The notes: generated by a model from the letters alone, not told the origin. Shown: positions 22,037 to 30,515, counted from the stretch's first letter. The stretch is DNA of 64,000 bases from an uncultured Candidatus Rokubacteria bacterium (GCA_963826115.1 CAWGVS010000012.1:768001-832000); one strand, 5' to 3'. Program-made: numbers and translations.

Positions 22037-23677
22037 CTAGCCGAACGGCAGCGCGGCCGCGCCGTTTTCCCGGCGGTCCCGTCCGAGCCGGTGAAGGTGC
22101 AGGATCTTGCCCGAGGACAGCGCCAGCGGCGGCGCCCGCTCGATGCCCAGGAATCCCGGGGTGCGCCACTGGTGTGCCATCACGCGCCCGGCCTCGGTGC
22201 CGCTACCGATGGCCGTGAGGAAAGCGTCGATGACCGCACCCGGCTCGACCGGGCCGACCGCGGGATCCACCCGGAGCTGCAGCCGGGCCCGACCATCGGC
22301 GTCCTCGTCCTCGATGAGCTGGTAGTGGACCGGGCCCCCGCCGAAGCGCGAGGGGAGGACCTCTTCCAGCACGCGGACCACGGCCGTGTCCTGGAACGTC
22401 ATGCCCCCCGCGGTGAGCTTGTCGTAGCCCCTGATGGACTCGACGTGGGTCGGCCAGCCCAGATCGTCCAGCGGGCAGCCACACGCCCGGCGCACGAGGT
22501 CGCCCCGGTCGCCGAGCGCCACGTTCAGGAGCGTCAGCGGAGCGGTCGGGCGAAGGGTGGTGAGGAGCAGGGCGTTGGGCGGCATCCCGTTGCGGGGTCC
22601 CTCCGGTCCGGCCTGGATCAGCGCGTGGAGATCGTGCAGGAGGTGCACGTCGTCGGGCGCCGCCGGCGACAGGCATCCGTGACCGATGGCGTCGGCCTCG
22701 GCGGTCCCGTAGATCGGGAAGGCCTGGCCCCCGGCCCGCCGCACGGCAGCCAGGCGCGCCGCCGTCACGGGCTCGCCGCCCACGGTGAACTGCGCTCCGC
22801 GGAGGTCCAGACCGGCGGCAAGGGCCGCGCCGCACAGAACGGCGGCGGAGCTGGTGAAGGTGAGCACGTGCGGGGTGGCGCCCGCTGCGAGGACGTCGCG
22901 GATCCAGCGGACGATTGGCCAGGGATCGGCGAGCGGCACGTGCTGCGGGGTGGGCAGCCGGCGCCCGGCCAGCCAGCCGCCCGCGCGAAGCACGCGGGCG
23001 CTCCAGCGGTACCGTGGATGCAGCCGCCCGTCGGCCATGTCGACCTGCGTGAACCAGCGCTCCGGCCCGTGGCCGAAAGCGGCGTACTCCAGCAGCCGGG
23101 CGATCGCCACGCCGCCGGGCACGTGCCAGCTCGCCTTGCGCCAGCTCGCGCCGCCGCGGGCCTCCATCGCCAGGCGCAGGTCCACGGCACAGTCCCGGAG
23201 GTACGCGAGATCGACCGGCACGATGGTTTCCACGCTGCGGCTGGCGCTGGTCTGGATGGTGAAGTGGCCCGCGGGGCCCGCGGCGCGAAGGTCGCCTGGT
23301 CGGAGGGCCACCACGCGGCCGCCCCGGACCAGCGGCGTCCGGCCCTTGAACTCGTCCGCGGAGAGGTAGACCCCGTGGCGAGCCAGCACGCGGAGCGTGG
23401 ACTCGACGCCCTCCCGCTGGACGAGCGCCGTGAGGTCGCCTTCGTCGCAGCCCGCCAGGTCGAGGAGCCGCCGATAGGGGCCCGGGGGCCGGGCACGGAG
23501 GAGCCGCCGGAGCAGCGCGAGGAGCGCGTCCTCGCGCCGCTCTAGGCGGTAACGGAGCGTAGCGTGCGCTTCCTCGGTCGAGACCGGGCGGCGGAGGTAC
23601 GCGGGCAGATCCCGGAGAAAGCGGACGCCGGACCGGAGATCCTCCCGCGACACCGCAGCGGCCAGGCGCGTCCACAT
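22037..23677 (-). CDS. Divergent adenylate-forming enzyme (phenylacetate-CoA ligase-like)
   Basis: TSASRS (P-loop-like), GGEP, IYGTAE, LLNVALGDRG, CGCP, SSGKILH motifs. Confidence 0.7.
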   Translation of the reverse strand: MWTRLAAAVSREDLRSGVRFLRDLPAYLRRPVSTEEAHATLRYRLERREDALLALLRRLLRARPPGPYRRLLDLAGCDEGDLTALVQREGVESTLRVLARHGVYLSADEFKGRTPLVRGGRVVALRPGDLRAAGPAGHFTIQTSASRSVETIVPVDLAYLRDCAVDLRLAMEARGGASWRKASWHVPGGVAIARLLEYAAFGHGPERWFTQVDMADGRLHPRYRWSARVLRAGGWLAGRRLPTPQHVPLADPWPIVRWIRDVLAAGATPHVLTFTSSAAVLCGAALAAGLDLRGAQFTVGGEPVTAARLAAVRRAGGQAFPIYGTAEADAIGHGCLSPAAPDDVHLLHDLHALIQAGPEGPRNGMPPNALLLTTLRPTAPLTLLNVALGDRGDLVRRACGCPLDDLGWPTHVESIRGYDKLTAGGMTFQDTAVVRVLEEVLPSRFGGGPVHYQLIEDEDADGRARLQLRVDPAVGPVEPGAVIDAFLTAIGSGTEAGRVMAHQWRTPGFLGIERAPPLALSSGKILHLHRLGRDRRENGAAALPFG

Positions 23678-23814
23678 GAGCGGGGCTCCGGGTCGAGTCT
23701 ACTGTGTCGCCGGCGCATCCCCTCCGCTCCGGTCCGCCACGCCGGAGGTGCCGACGGTCGGGACCGGCGCGGCGCGAACGGTCGTCGGCCCGGAACCCTG
23801 GCGGCCCGGCGGGC

Positions 23815-23988
23815 CCGCTCGTCGCGGGCATCGTGGCGAACTGGTGGCGGGGCTTCCCGGTCATCGGTGTGTCGTGCCTGGCCCCAATGCAGGCGATCCC
23901 CGGCGAGTTCTACGAAGCCGCCGCCGTCGACGGCGCCAGTCACTTCCGCCGGTTCTCGCACATCAGGCTGCCCGGCCGTCGCCACGTA
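23815..23988 (+). pseudogene. Internal fragment of a carbohydrate ABC permease
   Basis: IVANWWRGFP...MQAIPGEFYEAAAVDGASHFRRFSHIRLP carries the EAA loop; no N- or C-terminus; abuts the tRNA-Leu 3' end. Confidence 0.75.
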
Positions 23989-23990
23989 GT

Positions 23991-24078
23991 TGGTGCCGGG
24001 AGGGGGAATCGAACCCCCACGGGCTTGCGCCCACCAGATTTTGAGTCTGGCGCGTCTGCCTAGTTCCGCCATCCCGGC
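23991..24078 (-). tRNA. tRNA-Leu(CAA)
   Basis: GCCGGGATGGCGGAACTAGGCAGACGCG-CCAGA-CTCAAAA-TCTGG, long variable arm, GGTTCGATT, ends CCCGGCACCA. Confidence 0.97.
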
Positions 24079-24089
24079 AAGTGCTCCCG

Positions 24090-24118
24090 AGTCTAGGGGT
24101 GGCCTCCCGGGGGGTCAA
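24090..24118 (-). promoter_or_regulatory. sigma70 promoter of tRNA-Leu
   Basis: Minus strand TTGACC-17 bp-TAGACT. Confidence 0.7.
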
Positions 24119-24189
24119 GAATTGGGCGACGGCGGACTGGTCGCCGGCGCGGAACCCCGCGTGGAAGCGGCCCGTTCGGGCCCCGCGCC

Positions 24190-24219
24190 TTGACAAGGGC
24201 GCGACGCGCACGGTACCGT
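24190..24219 (+). promoter_or_regulatory. sigma70 promoter of tRNA-Ala
   Basis: TTGACA-18 bp-TACCGT just upstream of the tRNA. Confidence 0.55.
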
Positions 24220-24230
24220 CCATGGTCTAC

Positions 24231-24306
24231 GGGGCTGTAGCTCAGCTGGGAGAGCACGAGGCTGGCAGTCTCGGGGTCAGGGGTTCGATCCCCCTCAGCT
24301 CCACCA
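24231..24306 (+). tRNA. tRNA-Ala(GGC)
   Basis: 76 nt cloverleaf, G3:U70 pair, anticodon loop CTGGCAG, GGTTCGATC, encoded CCA. Confidence 0.97.
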
Positions 24307-24350
24307 TTCGAATCCGCGGGGTTGGGCACCGGTCCCACCCCGCGGATTCT
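24262..24350 (+). repeat. Left att repeat (tRNA-Ala 3' half plus terminator)
   Basis: Identical to 26782-26869 apart from one G in a G run. Confidence 0.95.
24310..24349 (+). terminator. Hairpin terminator after tRNA-Ala
   Basis: GAATCCGCGGGG...CCCCGCGGATTC stem followed by TCTGTTT. Confidence 0.75.
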
Positions 24351-24756
24351 CTGTTTCGGGGTTCTGATTGCGCGGGGGTTGCGGATGGTTGCGCCATCCG
24401 TATGGCTTCGACGGCGTCGAGCCCGTCGACGGCGGCCTTGCTCGCCCCCGGGACGAGCTTCCCGTAGATGTCGACGGTCACCTTGATCGAGTGGTGGCCC
24501 GTCTGCTCCTTCATCTAGGCGAGGGACTCCCCGTTCTGGATGACCCGCGCGGCGAAGGTGTGCCGGAGGTCATGGAAGCGGATGCGCCGGAGACCCGCCT
24601 TGGTGAGCAGGCGGTGGAAGACGTGGCGCTCGAAGCCGGACTTCCAGATCGGCCCGCCATCCTGGTTGCAGAAGACCCACTCCGGGACCTGGCGCCAGCC
24701 CCTGGCGAGGGCCTCCTTCTCCCGCGCCATATGCCTCGCCGGGCCGAGGACCCTCA

Positions 24757-24785
24757 TTGACTATGTGAGTACGTGGTCATATACT
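24757..24785 (+). promoter_or_regulatory. sigma70 promoter with an overlapping candidate ArsR operator
   Basis: TTGACT-17 bp-TATACT; imperfect palindrome TGACTATGT-GAGT-ACGTGGTCA covers the -35 and spacer; AGGAGG RBS follows. Confidence 0.75.
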
Positions 24786-24803
24786 ATCGGTAGGAGGATT
24801 TCA

Positions 24804-26114
24804 ATGATGACGACCGCGACCGGCACGAGGTTCCTCGTCCTGGACACGTTCCGCGCTGAGCGGGATGGCTGCCTGGCCTACCTCGTCGTGGACGAGGCGA
24901 GCCGCACCGCTCTGGCGATTGACCCGCGCCTGGATCAGGTCGACGAGATCCTCGGGACCCTGGCGACCCGCGAGGTCCGCCTGACCCATGTGCTCGATAC
25001 CCACACGCATGCCGACCACCTCTCGGGGGTGCGCCGCCTCGCCCAGCGGACCGGCGCCACCGTGCTCGCGCACACGGCCTCGAAGCTCAAGCAGCCGGCG
25101 CGGCGCATCACTGGCGGCGCGACCTTCGAGCTCGGCACGACGACGGTGACCATCTTGGACGCCCCGGGCCACACGCCCGACTCCCTCGCCATCCTCGTGG
25201 ACGGCCACCTGTTCACGGGCGACGCCCTCTTCGCCGGCGGCGCCGGCCGGACCGACTTCATGGGCGGGAGCGCCTCGGATCTCTTCGATACGCTTCGGGG
25301 CTTCGAGGCCCTCCCGGACGACACGGTGGTCCACCCCGGCCACGACTACGTCGGCCGTCCGGTGACCACGATCGGCGACGAGAAGACCGGGAATCCCCTC
25401 CTGCGCGAGCACGACCGCGGGGCCTTCGTGGCTCGCCTCTCCGGCAGGGCGGTGCCGCCGGCCAACATGGCCGCGATCCTCCGGCACAACCTCGGCGAGG
25501 TTGAGACGCCCACCATCGCGCCCCGGGAGCTGCACGCGCTTCGCGCGCAGACGTCGGAGCCGTCTGGGCCAGTGGTCCTCGACGTGCGAAGCGCGCTGGA
25601 GTTCGAGGGCGAACGGATCGAGGGCGCGCGTCTCCTTCCGCTGGATGAACTCGAAGGCCGACTCGACGAGATACCGGAGCAGGCCGAGGTCATCGTGGTG
25701 TGCCGCACGGGCGTGCGCGCGACGATCGCGGCCGAGGTGTTGGCTCGGGCGGGGCGCCGACCGCGCGTGCTCGAGGGGGGCATGATGGCCTGGCGTCGGG
25801 CCCGGCTCCCCGTGCGTGAGGGCCCGAAGCGCCTTCCCGTCGATCGCCAGGTGCAGCTGATCGCCGGGGGCATGGTACTCACCGGCCTCGCCCTCGGGAC
25901 GCTCGTCAATCCCTGGTTCCTGGGCATCTCGGCGTTCTTCGGTGCTGGGCTGACGTTCGCCGGGGCGACCGGTACCTGCGGCCTGGCGCTCCTCCTGCTG
26001 AGGATGCCGTGGAATCGGCCGCGGCCGGTCCCATCCGCCGGACCCGCGGCGGTCTGCGCCACGGGTGGCGGGACGACCGCCCCCTGTGCGGCGCCGACCG
26101 ATCCAAGGATCTGA
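24804..26114 (+). CDS. Persulfide dioxygenase (ETHE1-like MBL fold)-rhodanese-DUF2892 fusion
   Basis: HTHADH, GHT, GRTDF, PGHDY; rhodanese loop CRTGVR; YgaP-like C-terminal TM (RQVQLIAG...GTCGLALLLLRMPWN). Confidence 0.9.
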   Translation: MMTTATGTRFLVLDTFRAERDGCLAYLVVDEASRTALAIDPRLDQVDEILGTLATREVRLTHVLDTHTHADHLSGVRRLAQRTGATVLAHTASKLKQPARRITGGATFELGTTTVTILDAPGHTPDSLAILVDGHLFTGDALFAGGAGRTDFMGGSASDLFDTLRGFEALPDDTVVHPGHDYVGRPVTTIGDEKTGNPLLREHDRGAFVARLSGRAVPPANMAAILRHNLGEVETPTIAPRELHALRAQTSEPSGPVVLDVRSALEFEGERIEGARLLPLDELEGRLDEIPEQAEVIVVCRTGVRATIAAEVLARAGRRPRVLEGGMMAWRRARLPVREGPKRLPVDRQVQLIAGGMVLTGLALGTLVNPWFLGISAFFGAGLTFAGATGTCGLALLLLRMPWNRPRPVPSAGPAAVCATGGGTTAPCAAPTDPRI

Positions 26115-26116
26115 CC

Positions 26117-26458
26117 GTGCCCCGGAAGTCTGCCAAGGCGACGCTCTCGCGTGAGGCGCTCGAGATCCTCGCGCGGCGTTTTCGAGCGCTCGGCGACGCG
26201 ACACGTCTGGCGTTGCTCCAGGCCCTGTTCCGCCAGGAGCGCACGGTCCAGGAGCTGTGCGCGCTGGCCGATACGACCCAAGCCAATGCGAGCAAGCACT
26301 TGGCGCTGCTCTTCGAGCAGGGCCTCGTGGCGCGCCGGCGGGACGGCCTGTTCACTCGCTACCGGATCGCGGACCCCACGCTCGAGCAGCTCTGTCGTCT
26401 CGTGTGCGGATCGCTGGCCGAGCGACACGAGGTCATGCGCACGCACCTCGCGTCCTAG
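26117..26458 (+). CDS. ArsR/SmtB-family regulator
   Basis: FRALGDATRLALL, QANASKHLALL, GLVARRRDG, C-terminal LCRLVC. Confidence 0.92.
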   Translation: MPRKSAKATLSREALEILARRFRALGDATRLALLQALFRQERTVQELCALADTTQANASKHLALLFEQGLVARRRDGLFTRYRIADPTLEQLCRLVCGSLAERHEVMRTHLAS

Positions 26459-26781
26459 CGCCATGGCCGCCCGCTCAAGGCTGAAACACGGCGCGAGGCC
26501 TGATGGATAGCTCCTCGTGCGCTTCTTGCGCTCGTTTCGTGCCGATCCTAGGCCGCATGGGCAATGCCGCGAACCGGGACGGTCAGCGCCCGGGCCGCCA
26601 CCGGGCGTGTTGGGGGAACCGAAGGCCGGTAGTGCTGCGCCGGTCCACCACGCACGGAGGGGTTACGGTGGCGCGACGCCGCCCTTCCGGTTGCGGCGGG
26701 GTTGCGGGGCCTGCCACCCCTTCCTACGGTTTGCCGAGGGGCGCGTCTTAGCCTGCGTGGACTTCAAAGCTGGGGGTGGGC

Positions 26782-26869
26782 CTGGCAGTCTCGGGTCAGG
26801 GGTTCGATCCCCCTCAGCTCCACCATTCGAATCCGCGGGGTTGGGCACCGGTCCCACCCCGCGGATTCT
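26782..26869 (+). repeat. Right att repeat (duplicated tRNA-Ala 3' half plus terminator)
   Basis: CTGGCAGTCTCGGGTCAGGGGTTCGATCCCCCTCAGCTCCACCA plus hairpin; no tRNA 5' half upstream. Confidence 0.95.
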
Positions 26870-26913
26870 GCGTTTCGAGGGCCGCCCGCCCCGGTCCGCG
26901 GGCGGGGTGGCGC

Positions 26914-28143
26914 CTACGCGCGGCCCCGCACGAGGGCGAGCAGCCGGTCGAGCACGCGCTCCCCGTCGGCGCGGAGGCCGTTGTGCTCGTACTCGTCCGT
27001 GATCCACGGACGGAGTCCCCGGATGAGGCGCGCGGTTTCCATGGCGTACTCACGCTCCACGTACACGTCGTTGACGTAGATCGTCGCCGCGACGGGGACC
27101 TCGTTGGCGCGGAGCCGATCCGCGTCGTAGAGCCGGGGCCACGGGTGCTCGGCGAGGAGCTCGGCCGCGGCCCGGTGCGGCCGGAGCCGCCCGTACTCCT
27201 CCCACATCCACGGGAAGACCTGCTCGGCGGTGAAGAATCCCTCCGCGTCCACCTCGGCGGGCAGCGTGCGGGCCGACGACCAGCGGGTCGGGAAGCCGTC
27301 GGCGTAGCTCGACTCGTGGAGCGTGGCGTAGATGGGGTTCCGGCCCCAGCGCACGCCGGCCTCGGCGTCGTAGAGGAACGCCGGCGAGCCGAAGGGGAGC
27401 TCGATCACGTGGTGGAGGAGCTCCCAGCCCGCGCTGTCGCCGAGCCACATCCCCAGCTGGCGGAACCGGCGCGGCGTGAGCCGCTCGCCCGACGGGAGGC
27501 GCACGTCTTCCGCCGCGAGCCGCGCCAGGATCTCGCGGACGCGGGCGCGGTCGCCCGGATAGCGCGCGAAGTACGCGTGGTTCTTCTCGACGAGCCGGCC
27601 CGCCGTCGCGCCGTACACGTCGTCGGGCGGGCGCCCCACCGGCGAGAGCCCTCCCGTGATGAGCGCCTCGGCGAGCCCCTCGGGCGCGATCGAGAGGTAG
27701 GTCATCGTGGTGAAGCCGCCGAAGCTCTGGCCGAGGACGCTCCAGCGCGGGACGCCGAGCTCCCGCCGGATGTGCTCCGCGTCGCGGACGATGGCGTCGG
27801 CCCGGAAGTGCGTGAGGTACCGGGCCTGCTCCTCCGCGGTCCGGCCGGGAAGCTCGGGCCCGACCGGCGTGGAGCGCCCCGTGCCGCGCTGGTCGAGGAG
27901 CAGGACCCGGTAGTCCTGGAGGGCCCGCTTCATCCAGCCGGACGGCGGGCTCGTCGGGCGCGTGGCCTCGATGCCCGGGCCGCCCTGGAGGAAGACGAGG
28001 TACGGCCGGGCGGCGCCGTCCGGCGCGGCGACCTCGCGCGTGAACACGGTGATCCGCGGCCCGTCCGGGCGGGCGTGGTCGAGCGGGATCGCGTGCTCGC
28101 GCTCCGTCAGGAGGGCGCCAGGGACGCGGTAGGTGACGCTCAT
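26914..28143 (-). CDS. Proline iminopeptidase (alpha/beta hydrolase)
   Basis: LQGGPG, LDQRGTGRS, FRADAIVRDAE, GQSFGG, YEHNGLR; GAGGAG RBS. Confidence 0.9.
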   Translation of the reverse strand: MSVTYRVPGALLTEREHAIPLDHARPDGPRITVFTREVAAPDGAARPYLVFLQGGPGIEATRPTSPPSGWMKRALQDYRVLLLDQRGTGRSTPVGPELPGRTAEEQARYLTHFRADAIVRDAEHIRRELGVPRWSVLGQSFGGFTTMTYLSIAPEGLAEALITGGLSPVGRPPDDVYGATAGRLVEKNHAYFARYPGDRARVREILARLAAEDVRLPSGERLTPRRFRQLGMWLGDSAGWELLHHVIELPFGSPAFLYDAEAGVRWGRNPIYATLHESSYADGFPTRWSSARTLPAEVDAEGFFTAEQVFPWMWEEYGRLRPHRAAAELLAEHPWPRLYDADRLRANEVPVAATIYVNDVYVEREYAMETARLIRGLRPWITDEYEHNGLRADGERVLDRLLALVRGRA

Positions 28144-28409
28144 CGGGTCGACTCCTCGCGTGAGTGCGGTGTGACGATGGAAGCCGGGCCGGCACGTCGG
28201 CCGGCCCGCGCCCCGGCGGCGCGGTCTCGGACGATCTCCTCGCTCATCGGCCCAGCTTAGCCGATCGGTGACGCCGCGCCGCGGCCGGCGCCCATTGACG
28301 GCGGCGGGCGGCGATGGTCTGCTCCCTGCCGGGCCGGCCGGCGGCGGCCCGGGCGCGGGCGCTCATCTCGGCGGCCCACGCCCGACCCCTCGCGCGAGGA
28401 GAGATCGGC

Positions 28410-28847
28410 ATGACCCGCACCCTCGGCTGGCTCCTCATCGGCGGCGGCGTGTTCGCCGTGCTCTTTCCCCTCGTCTCGTGGATGCGCGCGCGCGCGAGCC
28501 GCAGCTGGCCCGGCGTCAGCGGGCGTATCATCGAGTCCACCCTGGACGTGGAGCCCCGGGCCGGCAAGAGCGACAGCTACATGCCGCGCATCCGGTACGA
28601 GTACGCGGTGAAGGGTGAGACCTACGAGAGCAGCCAGCTGAACTTCTGGGGCTCGATGGGAGGCAGCCGGGCGGTTGCCGAGCGGACGACGGCGCGCTAC
28701 CCCGCGGGCGCCACGGTGACCGTCTACTACAACCCCGAGAGCCCGTCCGAGGCCGTCCTCGATCGGGCCTTCTCGCCCCTCGTCCTGGTCCTGCCTCCGA
28801 TCGGCGTCGTGCTGGCCGGGTTCGGTTACACCCTGCTCCAGCGATAA
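28410..28847 (+). CDS. DUF3592-type membrane protein
   Basis: TM, SWPGVSGRIIES, YEYAVKGETY, YPAGATVTVYYNPESPSEAVL, TM. Confidence 0.8.
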   Translation: MTRTLGWLLIGGGVFAVLFPLVSWMRARASRSWPGVSGRIIESTLDVEPRAGKSDSYMPRIRYEYAVKGETYESSQLNFWGSMGGSRAVAERTTARYPAGATVTVYYNPESPSEAVLDRAFSPLVLVLPPIGVVLAGFGYTLLQR

Positions 28848-28923
28848 CGTCGGCCCCGCCGGGGTGGGGCCGCGCGCCGCCGTTCGGTCCCCAGCCGGAG
28901 CCCGCCCTCGCGCCCCGGCGCGC

Positions 28924-28952
28924 TTGACCCCCTCCGGCCCTTTCGCTAGGCT
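28924..28952 (+). promoter_or_regulatory. sigma70 promoter of the PqqD-kinase-GT operon
   Basis: TTGACC-17 bp-TAGGCT; GGGAG RBS before ATG 28997. Confidence 0.6.
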
Positions 28953-28996
28953 CGGGCCGGTTCGACGAGCGCGCGCGTCGCCCACGGGAGCCGCCC

Positions 28997-29437
28997 ATGC
29001 CGCGATACACGATCAAGAGCCCGCAGGTCATTCACGAGACCGTCGACGCCGAGGCCGTGATCGTGAACCTCGAGACCGGCAACTACTACATGCTGAAGGA
29101 GACCGGCGAGCGCATCTGGGCGGCCCTCGCGCGCGGCGCGTCGGTCCGCAACATCGTCGACGAGCTGGGCGGGGCCGCGGACGGCACCGACGGTGTGCTG
29201 GAGGCCACGGTATCGGCCTTCCTCGGCGAGCTCCTCGAAGAGGGGCTGATCGTACCCGCGCCCGAGGCGGCGGACGCGCCGCGCGCCGCGGGCGCGCCAG
29301 CGGGGGCGGGCCGGGGCACCCCGGTTCCGCCGCCCGTCCTCCAGAAGTTCCAGGACATGAAGGAGCTCATCCTCCTGGACCCCGTGCACGAGGTCCACGA
29401 GGACCTCGGCTGGCCTCATCCGAGGCCCGCGGGCTGA
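28997..29437 (+). CDS. PqqD-family / RiPP recognition element protein with a C-terminal leader-like extension
   Basis: ETVDAEAVIVNLETGNYYMLKETGERIWAAL...FLGELLEEGLI (RRE pattern), Ala/Gly/Pro linker, then PPVLQKFQDMKELILLDPVHEVHEDLGWP. Confidence 0.88.
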   Translation: MPRYTIKSPQVIHETVDAEAVIVNLETGNYYMLKETGERIWAALARGASVRNIVDELGGAADGTDGVLEATVSAFLGELLEEGLIVPAPEAADAPRAAGAPAGAGRGTPVPPPVLQKFQDMKELILLDPVHEVHEDLGWPHPRPAG

Positions 29438-29441
29438 CCGC

Positions 29442-30512
29442 GTGAGCGCGGCGCCCCCCCTGGCCGGCGCCGCCGCGCGCGCGTGCGCGGTCGAGATGGA
29501 GGCGGCCTTCGAGGCCGCCGCGATCGCGGCGGGCGGGGTGGTCCTGCGCCACTACCTGATCGCCGGCCTGTCGGTGACGCTCCGCTTCGCGGGGCCCGCG
29601 CTGGTCGACCGGCTCACGGCGGCGCTCGAGCATCACCCGCGCGGGCGGCCCGGCGCGCCCGGGCTCACGGTCTCGCTCTGGGACACGGCGTCCACCGGCG
29701 TGCCGCCGCCGCGATTTCCCGCCGACGCCATCGACGGCGGGACGAGCGCCGCCGCGCGGTCGGGGGCGGCGCCCACCGTGCGGCTCAAGTACCGGGCGGA
29801 GCAGCGGAGCCTCTCCGTCCTCGACCGGGCCACCGACCGCGCGGTCTTCGGCGCCGCCGCCGCCGCCGGCCTCCCCTACTGGGAGACCGGCACGCCGCTG
29901 CGCGTGATCCTCCACTGGTGGATGGCCGACCACGGCCGGCAGCTCGTGCACGCGGCGGCGGTCGGCACCGCGGACCGGGGGCTCCTGCTGGTGGGCCGGG
30001 CCGGGTCGGGCAAGTCGTCCACCGCGCTCGCCTGTCTCGGCTCCCGGCTCCGCTACGCGGGCGACGACTACTGTCTCGTGAGCGTCGATCCCGACCCGCG
30101 CGCGCACAGCCTCTACGGCTCGGCCAAGCTTCACGCGGACCAGGCGCGGCGGTTCCCGGGGCTCGCGCCGGCGCTCGTCAACGCCGACCGGCTCGAGACG
30201 GAGAAGGCCCTCTACATGGTGCGTCGAGCCTTTCCGGACCACCTCCAGCCGAGCGTCCGGGTGAGCGCCCTCGTGTTGCCCGTCCTCGCCGCGGACGGCC
30301 GCACATGGCTCGAGCCCGCGTCGGCCGGCGCGGCCCTCCTGGCCGTCGCGCCGAGCACGATCCTCCAGCTTCCCGGCGCCGGGCGCGCGGCGTTCGACAC
30401 GATGTCGGGGCTCGTGCGGCAGGTGCCGTGCTACCGCCTCCATCTCGGCGGCGACCTCGCGGTCCTGCCGCGGCTGCTAGAGGGCGTCCTGGCCGAGCCG
30501 GACGCCGCCTGA
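29442..30512 (+). CDS. HPr-kinase-related P-loop kinase
   Basis: LVHAAAV, Walker A GRAGSGKSST, YAGDDYCLV (HprK/PEPCK-type DD motif). Confidence 0.85.
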   Translation: MSAAPPLAGAAARACAVEMEAAFEAAAIAAGGVVLRHYLIAGLSVTLRFAGPALVDRLTAALEHHPRGRPGAPGLTVSLWDTASTGVPPPRFPADAIDGGTSAAARSGAAPTVRLKYRAEQRSLSVLDRATDRAVFGAAAAAGLPYWETGTPLRVILHWWMADHGRQLVHAAAVGTADRGLLLVGRAGSGKSSTALACLGSRLRYAGDDYCLVSVDPDPRAHSLYGSAKLHADQARRFPGLAPALVNADRLETEKALYMVRRAFPDHLQPSVRVSALVLPVLAADGRTWLEPASAGAALLAVAPSTILQLPGAGRAAFDTMSGLVRQVPCYRLHLGGDLAVLPRLLEGVLAEPDAA

Positions 30513-30515
30513 CCG

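Larger units (their letters stand above)
24242..24730 (-). pseudogene. Tyrosine integrase C-terminal remnant
   Basis: WVFCNQDG...RIRFHDLRHTFA...GESLA*MKEQTGHHSIKVTVDIYG; in-frame TAG at 24515-24517; N-terminal part missing. Confidence 0.92.
24262..26869. mobile_element. Degenerate tRNA-Ala-integrated element (~2.5 kb)
   Basis: Bounded by 89/88 bp direct repeats; contains an integrase remnant, GGTTGCG repeats inside both ends and two cargo genes. Confidence 0.9.

Noticed and set aside
26782-26825. Second tRNA-Ala gene
   Set aside because: Only the 3' half from the anticodon loop is present; it is an att repeat
28997-29437. PQQ biosynthesis
   Set aside because: No pqqA, B, C or E in the window
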